This document shows, piece by piece, positions 1 to 7,839 of a DNA stretch of 62,153 nucleotides. The notes beneath the pieces are model-generated. The model did no database searches. It saw nothing but the letters and a program-made list of their open reading frames with translations, and was not told where the DNA came from. Both the position numbers and the translations under genes were made by a program. The stretch spans positions 1-62,153 of the forward strand of contig CASEOW010000022.1 of assembly GCA_949289785.1 (NCBI GenBank), in the 5' to 3' direction. Source of the stretch: an uncultured Bacillota bacterium (GTDB lineage Bacteria; Bacillota; Clostridia; Christensenellales; UBA1242). The first letter of the stretch is position 1, and each line of letters opens with the position of its first letter.

Positions 1-617
1 GGGAAATTAAAGAAATAAAACGTATTCCTAGTGAGAATGGCTTAACCATTCAAATAAAACCGTCAGTTGGAGATGTTGTTGAAATAATTCTTGATAAGAA
101 CAATAGAATAATAAGTTATAAAAATTCTAATGTTCAATCTATAGGTGATAATTTCCTAGAGGATAACACTTCATTAACTAATATAGAACTTCCTAATGTT
201 CAATCTATAGGTGATAATTTCCTATATTATAACGAAAAATTGACAAAAATAGAATTATACAATGTTCAATCTATTGGTGATTTTTTTCTAAATGGTAACG
301 AAATATTAACACAAATAGAATTACCGAATGTTCAATCTATTGGTGATTGGTTCATGTTTTCTAATAATAAATTGGAACAAATAAAATTATTAAATGTTCA
401 ATCTATTGGTAATGGGTTTTTGCATGAAAACGAAATATTGACGAAAATAGAATTGCCTAATGTTAAATGTATAAATGATAAATTTCTTTTTAAAAACATA
501 GCATTAACACAGATAGAATTACCAAATGTTGAATCTATTGGATATGCTGCTTTATCTTTTAATAAAAACATAAAAATAAGAGATTTTTTAATAAGTGATA
601 AATTGTATTTGTCATAA
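1..617 (+). CDS. BspA-type leucine-rich-repeat surface protein, 3' part (5' end lies outside the window)
   Basis: The frame starting at nt 3 is open through to TAA at 615-617, so the ORF-track TTG start at 240 is internal. It contains 22-aa repeats IELPNVQSIGDxFLxxNxxLTx typical of LRR_5/BspA repeats. Confidence 0.75.
   Translation, partial: EIKEIKRIPSENGLTIQIKPSVGDVVEIILDKNNRIISYKNSNVQSIGDNFLEDNTSLTNIELPNVQSIGDNFLYYNEKLTKIELYNVQSIGDFFLNGNEILTQIELPNVQSIGDWFMFSNNKLEQIKLLNVQSIGNGFLHENEILTKIELPNVKCINDKFLFKNIALTQIELPNVESIGYAALSFNKNIKIRDFLISDKLYLS
129..590 (+). repeat. Seven tandem 66-bp (22-codon) coding repeats of the LRR gene
   Basis: The motif AATGTTCAATCTAT(A/T)GGTGA (degenerate in the last two units) recurs at 129, 195, 261, 327, 393, 459 and 525, an exact 66-nt period. 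Confidence 0.85.
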
Positions 618-711
618 AATATAATACTTTTAAACAGATATTAAAAATATGATGGTAAGTGTTTATATGTTTCAAATATAAATAAAAATATAATTTAAGT
701 TTAATATATTC

Positions 712-764
712 AAAAAAGGAACTTTATAACTTTAAACCTAGGTTTAACTTTTAAAGTTCTTTTT
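712..764. terminator. Bidirectional hairpin terminator between the convergent LRR gene and fba
   Basis: GAACTTTA (719-726) pairs with TAAAGTTC (752-759). The loop holds the inner palindrome AAACCTAGGTTT. There is an A-run on the left and a T-run on the right. Confidence 0.5.
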
Positions 765-838
765 AATTTATTCTATCAGTTTAAAAAAGTTTAACTTTTT
801 ATATTTGTTTTTTATTAATTAAATTTTATTAATATCTT

Positions 839-1755
839 TTAAATTTTGTTAAAACTAAATAAAATATTCTCAATTTTAGTTTTTACAACATTTTCTATTT
901 CTTCTCTTCCTTTTCCTAAATAGTTTCTTAAATCAAATTCTTTTTTATTTAAAGTAAGAATTTTTCGTGTTTGACTAGTAAGAGCTAGTCTTAAATCTGT
1001 ATCAGTATTTATTTTTACAATGTTATGATTTTTAACTGCTTCTATTAAAAGATTTTCTGGAATTCCACAAGCATGCTCTAATTCTCCACCATATTGATTA
1101 AATGTATCTACAAGACTTTTATCAACTGTAGAAGCGACTGTAATACTAAAGGAAAAGATGGCAAAAGTCTTTCAATTTTCTCAAGAATATCAAATCTAAG
1201 AGTTTGTTCTCCTTTATATTTGTAAGCACCATGACTAGTTCCTATTGCAACAGCTAAGCTATCTATTCCAGTTTTTTCTACAAATTCTTTTGCTTTAGAA
1301 GGTTCTGTGAAATGATGAACTTGTGAATATATATCTTCTTCTATTCCTTGTAACATTCCTAGCTCTGCTTCTACTTGACAATTATATTTATGAGCATAAT
1401 TTGCAACTTTTTTTGAAATTTCTATATTTTCTTCAAAAGATAAACTACTTCCATCTATCATTATACTATCAAATCCCATATCTACAGCATGTGCACAAAT
1501 TTCAAAAGATTTTCCATGGTCAAGATGGAGAAAAAGATTTGGATATAATTTTTTTGCACAGTTAGTTAAAGCTATTACATACTCATCTCCCATATATTTA
1601 AGTGCGCCTTCACTTACTGCTATAATGGCTGGCGAGTTTGTTTTTTTGCAAGCATTAACAATTCCTTGCAAACTTTCCATATTATTAAAATTAAAAGCTC
1701 CTAAAGCAAAGTTTTCATTTATTGCTTTTTGATAAAACGATATAAGATTATTCAT
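839..1755 (-). pseudogene. fba: Class II fructose-bisphosphate aldolase interrupted by a 1-nt frameshift near 1138-1141
   Basis: The N-terminal 205 aa carry HLDHG, SIMIDGS, EAELG and AIGTSHG. The ORF stops at 1108, but another frame continues with ASTVDKSLVDTFNQYGGELEHACGIPENLLIEAVKNHNIVKINTDTDLRLA... to TAA at 839-841. The total length of 917 nt is 3n-1. Confidence 0.65.
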
Positions 1756-1825
1756 ATTTACCCCTTTTATATTTTAACACATTTTTTTCTTTTATCAAAC
1801 ATATTGATATAAAAAGGAGTTAGAG

Positions 1826-2494
1826 ATGAAAAAATTTAAAATATTATTGGTAGTAACCTTGTTAGGGGTTCTTTTTGTTTTAGTAGGTTGTGGGACAAAT
1901 AAAGTTACAGATAATATAAGTGAAATAACATATGTTTATTATCAGGGAATTGATGAACAAGATAAAAATGTAAATGCATCTATTAGTGTTGGACAACGCG
2001 AAGAACCTTATATAATGGATGGAAAACATGGAACAAATTTGGATTTTAGTTTAATTAATGTAAATTTTGGTAGAGTGCTAGAAGAAGATTCAATAGAAGT
2101 TGAACTTATAATAAATGATAATATCGAAAAAATAATTTTAGAATTTAATCCGCTTTCAAATAGTTATATGACAGATTTAGGTTATAGTATTGGAAGTAAT
2201 GAAAATGTACAAATAAAATATCAAAATTATAAAATTAATTTTAAAAATGTAAGTGATTTGTTTAAGGTTAATTATGAAAAAGCATTAGAAATAGGTCAAG
2301 ATTTACTTTCAGATTATATTGACAGTTTATATGTTAATGGTATTTTTGAAGGTGAGATTTATTTAAAAGTTTTTAGTCAAAATTCAGGTAATTTTGATAA
2401 TTTATATTGGATTTTTTCTGTTGTAGGGCGCAATGGACAGTGTGAAAATGTTGCAATAAATGTTTTTGATGAAAACGATTTCTATAAAAATTAA
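1826..2494 (+). CDS. Hypothetical lipoprotein
   Basis: GGAG RBS upstream. The signal peptide ends in the lipobox LVGC (Cys22). Confidence 0.7.
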   Translation: MKKFKILLVVTLLGVLFVLVGCGTNKVTDNISEITYVYYQGIDEQDKNVNASISVGQREEPYIMDGKHGTNLDFSLINVNFGRVLEEDSIEVELIINDNIEKIILEFNPLSNSYMTDLGYSIGSNENVQIKYQNYKINFKNVSDLFKVNYEKALEIGQDLLSDYIDSLYVNGIFEGEIYLKVFSQNSGNFDNLYWIFSVVGRNGQCENVAINVFDENDFYKN

Positions 2495-2500
2495 TAGTTA

Positions 2501-2560
2501 AAAAAGCAAATCAAATAATATAACTTTTATAAGCAAAAGTATTATTAAATTTGCTTTTTT
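2501..2560 (+). terminator. Long AT-rich hairpin terminator after the lipoprotein gene
   Basis: AAAAAGCAAAT (2501-2511) pairs with ATTTGCTTTTT (2549-2559), followed by a T-run. Confidence 0.5.
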
Positions 2561-2578
2561 TATTTATTTTGTTATAAT
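2551..2578 (+). promoter_or_regulatory. hflX promoter TTGCTT-16-TGtTATAAT, with the ATG 6 nt downstream (leaderless candidate)
   Basis: -35 at 2551-2556 and extended -10 at 2570-2578. The ATG is at 2585 and there is no SD. Confidence 0.55.
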
Positions 2579-2584
2579 TAAAGC

Positions 2585-3697
2585 ATGAAAAAAGTATTAT
2601 CAAACGAAAAAATCAAAGAAAACGCTGTTGTTATAAGTGTTTGTACAAAAAAATCAGATAGTCTACAAAGAAAAACAGATGAAATTAATAGACTATGTTT
2701 TTCTAGTGAGTTAAATGTTGTAAAAAATTTTTATCAAAATATAAAAGAATTTAACAAAGCAACAGTAATTGGAAGTGGAAAGGTTAAAGAGATAAAAGAT
2801 TTTATAGATAATAGTAATGATGTAATTGATGTTGTTATTGTTGATTATGCTCTAACCGGAAGTCAAATGAAAAATCTTTCTAATGAATTTAAAGTAAAAG
2901 TAGTTGATAGAGTAGGGCTTATCATCGATATATTTGCCAAAGGTGCAAAATCTAATGAAGCAAAACTCCAAGTAAAATTAGCTCAAGATAAATATATTCT
3001 TCCAAGGCTTTCTAGTATGCAGGGGACTAGTGGAAGGTTTGGCAGTGCTGGTGTTGGTATGCGTGGACCGGGAGAAACAAAATTAGAATTAAATAAAAGA
3101 ATTTTAGAAAATGAAATGGTTTCATTAAGCAAGCAAATAGATAAAATTAAAAAACAAAGATTAGTTACTAAGAAAGATAGATTAGAAAGTGATGTTCCAT
3201 TGATAGCACTAGTAGGTTATACTAATTCTGGAAAATCTTCTCTTTTAAAAACCTTAGTAAATGAAGATGTTTATGCTGATGATAAATATTTTGCCACTTT
3301 AGATACTCTGTCAAGAAAATTACATTTAGGAGATAAACAATTTGCTATATTAACCGATACAGTTGGGTTTATTAGTGAACTTCCTCATCAACTTGTAGAT
3401 GCTTTTTCGTCTACTCTAGAAGAAGCAAAAAGTGCAGATTTGCTTTTACATGTGGTTGATATAAGTTTACTTAACGAAGATAATGGAATAAAAGAATATC
3501 AAGCTAACATGGAAGTTACAGATAAGTTGCTCGACGAGTTGGGGGCTACTAAAAATCGTTTGGTAGTTTATAATAAATGTGATCTTTTAACTAAACCTGT
3601 ATTATTGAAAGAAAATGAAGTTTTAATTTCTACTAAGAAAAAATTGGGAATAGAAATTTTAATAAATAAGATAAAAGAAAAATTAAATTTAATTTAA
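2585..3697 (+). CDS. hflX: GTPase HflX (compact form)
   Basis: HflX N-domain motifs (LQVKLAQ..YILPRL, GPGETKLELNKR), then G1 GYTNSGKSS, G3 DTVGF and G4 NKCD. Confidence 0.85.
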   Translation: MKKVLSNEKIKENAVVISVCTKKSDSLQRKTDEINRLCFSSELNVVKNFYQNIKEFNKATVIGSGKVKEIKDFIDNSNDVIDVVIVDYALTGSQMKNLSNEFKVKVVDRVGLIIDIFAKGAKSNEAKLQVKLAQDKYILPRLSSMQGTSGRFGSAGVGMRGPGETKLELNKRILENEMVSLSKQIDKIKKQRLVTKKDRLESDVPLIALVGYTNSGKSSLLKTLVNEDVYADDKYFATLDTLSRKLHLGDKQFAILTDTVGFISELPHQLVDAFSSTLEEAKSADLLLHVVDISLLNEDNGIKEYQANMEVTDKLLDELGATKNRLVVYNKCDLLTKPVLLKENEVLISTKKKLGIEILINKIKEKLNLI

Positions 3698-3704
3698 ATA
3701 CAAT

Positions 3705-3737
3705 AAAAAAGAAGACTTGTTTGCAATCTTCTTTTTT
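3705..3737. terminator. Bidirectional terminator between hflX and the convergent small gene
   Basis: AAGAAGA (3709-3715) pairs with TCTTCTT (3727-3733), flanked by A- and T-runs. Confidence 0.6.
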
Positions 3738-3749
3738 ATTTAATATTAA

Positions 3750-3986
3750 TTATTTTTTATTTTGAATATCTTGTTGATATACTTCATTTAGTTTTTTTAC
3801 TAAAAAGTCCACATCGACTTCATGAACAAAAGCGGCTTGTTCAATAGTTTCTTCAAGTCCTAAATGACAAAAAATGCAGTGCATTCCAAACCCCATGAAA
3901 ACATCACCTAATTTTTCATCCATTTGAATAACATCATCAATAATCATATCTTTAGTAATTAAGTTTTTATTATCTTTCTTTTTCAT
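3750..3986 (-). CDS. DUF1858 / hybrid-cluster-protein-associated redox disulfide domain small protein
   Basis: GMHCIFCHLGLEETIEQAAFVHEVDVDFLVKKLNE resembles the GMHCxGCP...TLEEAA..HG.D family. The start is moved to the ATG at 3986 because the ORF-track TTG at 4022 is the -35 box of its own promoter. Confidence 0.6.
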   Translation of the reverse strand: MKKKDNKNLITKDMIIDDVIQMDEKLGDVFMGFGMHCIFCHLGLEETIEQAAFVHEVDVDFLVKKLNEVYQQDIQNKK

Positions 3987-3993
3987 GTTTTTA

Positions 3994-4022
3994 ATATTAA
4001 CATTTTTTAAAATTTGTGTCAA
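3994..4022 (-). promoter_or_regulatory. Consensus promoter TTGACA-17-TAATAT, 7 nt upstream of the ATG (leaderless candidate)
   Basis: The reverse complement reads TTGACAcaaattttaaaaaatgtTAATATtaaaaacATG. Confidence 0.6.
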
Positions 4023-4118
4023 GTTTTAATTTGATATTTTTAAATAAGCTATAATTAAAAATAATGTCTTATTTTGTAGATTAGGTATATAGTTAGAATA
4101 TTTCAAATAAGTTATAGC

Positions 4119-4823
4119 ATGGAAAAATTAACAAATTATATTTCAAAAAAAGTTATTAGTATTGAAGAAGGAAAATATGTAGGATATGTTTTAGATGTCC
4201 TAATTGATAATGATTTAAACAAAGTCGAAGGATTAATTGTTGCAGATGAGGAAAGTGAACAAAATTTTATTTTAGATTATAAAAAAATTATAAATCATTC
4301 TGAAAATTTAATAATGATTTCTTCTTTGCATGATTTAAATTTTACTGTTCTAGAAAATTTTAATAATCCTATGGGGAAAATTGTATTAGACCGTAATGGT
4401 ATTAATTTAGGCAGAGTGGAAGAAGTATACATTGATGGACAAAATATCAAAAAAATTGTAACTAATAAATGTGAATTTTGGCGAAAATATATTTATTCTT
4501 TTAGTGAAAATTATATAATCTTTGGATTAAAAAGAAATAAAATAAGAAAAAATAATTATTTTAAAAATATAACAAATAATTCACAAATTTTGCCTAAAGT
4601 TTCTATTGAAGAATATAAAATGACTAACAAGAATAATCAATCTATTAGTCCATATAAGCTTTATGCTCAGCAAGAAAAGCTTTTAGGTCGTAAAATAGTT
4701 TGTGATATTTTGGGATATAATAATGAATTAGTTGCAAAAAAAGATGATATAATAAATCAAAAAATAATAAATAAAGCAAAAATTCACAATAAATTATCAC
4801 TTTTAAATTATTATAGCAAATAA
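4119..4823 (+). CDS. Putative PRC-barrel domain protein (two PRC-like segments)
   Basis: KVISIEEGKYVGYVLDVLID...VEGLIV and GKIVLDRNGINLGRVEEVYID resemble PRC-barrel signatures. This is a weak, by-eye call. Confidence 0.4.
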   Translation: MEKLTNYISKKVISIEEGKYVGYVLDVLIDNDLNKVEGLIVADEESEQNFILDYKKIINHSENLIMISSLHDLNFTVLENFNNPMGKIVLDRNGINLGRVEEVYIDGQNIKKIVTNKCEFWRKYIYSFSENYIIFGLKRNKIRKNNYFKNITNNSQILPKVSIEEYKMTNKNNQSISPYKLYAQQEKLLGRKIVCDILGYNNELVAKKDDIINQKIINKAKIHNKLSLLNYYSK

Positions 4824-5111
4824 TAAATACAATAAAAATAATTAAAAATTGATTTTTTTTAATTTTTTAATTATTTTTTTTATTTTTAATATTGATTTTT
4901 AATTAATTTTTATTTTATTATTTGTTTTATTGCTTATTTTATTTATTTTTTACCTAATTTTAATTAATTTTAAACCATTTTTTAATAATTTTTTATTATG
5001 TTAAGTTGTATTTATAAAGCTCATAATATTTGTTTATTTTTTATCTTGTTATTTTTATTTTTTTAATTGTATATATTTTATAAAAAAATATATAAAATCT
5101 TGTTTAATTAT

Positions 5112-5141
5112 TTGTATTTTTGATGTAAATTGTAGTAGAAT
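5112..5141 (+). promoter_or_regulatory. Candidate promoter TTGTAT-18-TAGAAT for the VirB4-like/giant-lipoprotein operon
   Basis: It sits at the 3' end of a 335-bp almost pure A/T intergenic region. The RBS GCGAGG is at 5148-5153. Confidence 0.35.
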
Positions 5142-5158
5142 AAATTAGCGAGGTTTTT

Positions 5159-7816
5159 ATGATAAGAGTTATACCTAGAAGAACTAAAGTTAAACTTGAG
5201 TTTGTTAAAGGTGTTACAGGTATTGATTTATTAATTGGAACAATAGCTGTTGTTGTTTTGATTGTGCTTGCTGCTTCAAACTTTGCAGGTCATGTTTGGC
5301 TTGCGATGGTTTGGGCTATAGTTTCTCTTTCACTATTTTTTAAAATTGCAGATAGTGATAGATTTTATGTTACATTAACTCATCTTGCAAGATTTTCGAT
5401 GCAGAAGAAAAAATATGAAAAAAATCCTAAAAAAGGAAAGTCAAATATAAAAGATATTATTCCTTTTCAATCAATTTATCAGGATAGATGTATTTCATTT
5501 GGAAATTATTATGCTGAAGTTCTTGAGGTAAAGCCTATTCTTTTTGACCTTTTAAATGAGTATAGTCAAAATAATGTTATAGATATTGGTTTTGGTAATG
5601 CTATTAGAAGATTAGATGATAATCAAGTATGCGAACTTGTTAAAATTAACAAGGCAATGGTTTTGGATTCTTATGTTTATAATGAAAATAAAAAATATGA
5701 CAGACTTCTAGACCAACAACTTGAAGGACAAATGTCTCAAGGTGAAGTTGATGCAAGGGCACCAATTCTTGAAGAAAGGGTGGCATTTATTGAAGATAAA
5801 AATAGAACTAATAAAATTTACAAAGATTATTTTTATCTTGTTGTTTTAGGGAAAGACATAGAGGCACTAGAAAATACTGTAAACGGAATGGCTTCTTCAC
5901 TTGCTACTTGTTTGACACCTGTTACAACAAAAAGACTTGTAGGTAGTGAACTTGCTGTATTTTTAAGAGCTAATTATAATAGAGAATTTAATGAGCGTGA
6001 TTTAGAGAGTATGCCTTTTTCTGAGTTTATTAATTGGGCAACTCCTGAAAAGATTAAATTTTCATCTGCAAAATATAACATAGATGGAAATAATTATAGA
6101 ACTTATGTTGTAACTGAATATCCTTTACAAGTTGGAAATGCTTGGGGCGCTTCATTCTTCTTGTTAGATAGAACTAAAGTTGTTATGAAATTCAAAAAAG
6201 CTCCTAAATATGATTCAGAAAAAAAGATTGATAAAGCAATAATGGATATGGAAACAAAGCTTTATAGAACAGGCAAAAGTAGTACTAGAATTGAAATAAC
6301 AACTCATCTTGAAACTTTAAGAAATTTGTTAGCTGAATTAAAAAATAATAACCAACAATTATACGATGTAAATACTTTTATTACTTGTGAAGATGCAGCT
6401 AGAAAAGATGTAAAAGCTGTTCTTAAGCAAGAGGGGTATAGATTCTCGGAAATGTTTGCTAGACAAATAGATGCTTTCATTTCAACTGGAATCTCTATGC
6501 GTGATAACATTAAAGAATATCAGCGTGGTATTCCAACTTCAACTCTTGCTGGAGTTTTCCCTTTTGTTTCTAGCGAACTTCAAGATGAAAATGGTTTCTA
6601 TATCGGGGATAATGCTTATCCAGTTTTTGTAGATTTCTTTAGGCGTGATCCTCAAAGAGTTAACTCAAACATGATGATTATTGGTAAGTCTGGTTCAGGT
6701 AAAAGCTTTGCAACTAAAACTTTACTTGCAAATTTTGCAGCTGACAACACAAAGATATTTATTTGTGACCCTGAAAAAGAATATTCAAAACTTGCAGACA
6801 GTTTAAAAGGAAAGTTAATCGATGTTGGTTCTTCTCTGCAAGGTATAATTAATCCTTTCCATGTTATTAGAGCGCTAGATAAAGATGAAGATGAGAAATC
6901 GGGAAAGGTAATTGAAAAACAAGATGATTCCTTTAATCAACATCTTCAATTCTTGGAACAATATTTTAGAACAATTCTTGAAGGTATATCTTCAGATGCA
7001 TTTGAAGTTATTAATTCACTTGTTTTAGATTTATATAAAGAATTCAATATTGATGAGAATACCGATTTAAAAGATCTTAAACCAACTGACTATCCAACTT
7101 TTGATGACCTTTATAAACTTCTTCAAAAAAGATTGTCAGAAGCTAAAGAAGAATTCGTTTTAAATAACTTGCGTGTTGCAGAAACATACATTAGAAAATT
7201 TGCCAGTGGGGGAAGAAACTCTAACCTTTGGAATGGACCTACTTCAATTGAAACAAATGAAAACTTTGTTTGTTTTAATTTCCAATCTCTTATCGCTGGA
7301 AACAATGATATGTTAACAAATGCACAAATGTTGCTTGTATTCAAATATATAGAAAATGAAATTATTAATAATAAAGATTATAATAAGATACACAATACTA
7401 ATAGAAAAATCATTGTTGTAGTTGATGAAGCTCACACATTTATCAATCCTAAGTATCCTATTGCATTAAACTTTATGACAGCAATGGCTAAAAGAATTCG
7501 TAAGTATGGTGGAATGCAGATTGTTATTACTCAAAATATTAACGACTTCGTTGGTTCGGAAGAAATAAAAAGACAATCAACAGCTGTTATTAATGCTTGT
7601 CAATATTCACTTATTTTTTCACTTTCACCTAACGATGTTAACGACTTAATTGAACTTTATAAAAATTCTGGTGGTATTAACAAAGAGGAAAGAAATAGAA
7701 TTGTTTCAGCCTCTGTTGGTCAAGCATTTGTTATTACTTCGCCAACTGCCAGAACAATGGTTCAAATACGACCACTTGATTATGTAGTTTCTATATTTAA
7801 AGAGAAAAATGAATAA
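5159..7816 (+). CDS. VirB4/TraE-family type IV secretion ATPase with a fused N-terminal PrgI/VirB3-like two-TM segment
   Basis: There are two TM helices within aa 20-62. The VirB4-like N-domain includes YRTYVVTEYPLQVGNAWGASFFLLDRTKVVMKF. Walker A GKSGSGKS is at 6683-6706, Walker B VVVDEAH at about 7415-7435, followed by ITQNINDF. Confidence 0.8.
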   Translation: MIRVIPRRTKVKLEFVKGVTGIDLLIGTIAVVVLIVLAASNFAGHVWLAMVWAIVSLSLFFKIADSDRFYVTLTHLARFSMQKKKYEKNPKKGKSNIKDIIPFQSIYQDRCISFGNYYAEVLEVKPILFDLLNEYSQNNVIDIGFGNAIRRLDDNQVCELVKINKAMVLDSYVYNENKKYDRLLDQQLEGQMSQGEVDARAPILEERVAFIEDKNRTNKIYKDYFYLVVLGKDIEALENTVNGMASSLATCLTPVTTKRLVGSELAVFLRANYNREFNERDLESMPFSEFINWATPEKIKFSSAKYNIDGNNYRTYVVTEYPLQVGNAWGASFFLLDRTKVVMKFKKAPKYDSEKKIDKAIMDMETKLYRTGKSSTRIEITTHLETLRNLLAELKNNNQQLYDVNTFITCEDAARKDVKAVLKQEGYRFSEMFARQIDAFISTGISMRDNIKEYQRGIPTSTLAGVFPFVSSELQDENGFYIGDNAYPVFVDFFRRDPQRVNSNMMIIGKSGSGKSFATKTLLANFAADNTKIFICDPEKEYSKLADSLKGKLIDVGSSLQGIINPFHVIRALDKDEDEKSGKVIEKQDDSFNQHLQFLEQYFRTILEGISSDAFEVINSLVLDLYKEFNIDENTDLKDLKPTDYPTFDDLYKLLQKRLSEAKEEFVLNNLRVAETYIRKFASGGRNSNLWNGPTSIETNENFVCFNFQSLIAGNNDMLTNAQMLLVFKYIENEIINNKDYNKIHNTNRKIIVVVDEAHTFINPKYPIALNFMTAMAKRIRKYGGMQIVITQNINDFVGSEEIKRQSTAVINACQYSLIFSLSPNDVNDLIELYKNSGGINKEERNRIVSASVGQAFVITSPTARTMVQIRPLDYVVSIFKEKNE

Positions 7817-7839
7817 AGCCTATCGAAAAAAGGAGAGAG

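Noticed and set aside
129-590. Regular 66-bp repeats considered as a possible CRISPR-like array
   Set aside because: The period is exact with no unique spacers. The repeats are in frame and translate to LRR units, and there are no cas genes. They are a coding tandem repeat.
1323-1565. 80-aa plus-strand ORF
   Set aside because: It is antisense to the conserved core of fba and has a low-complexity translation.
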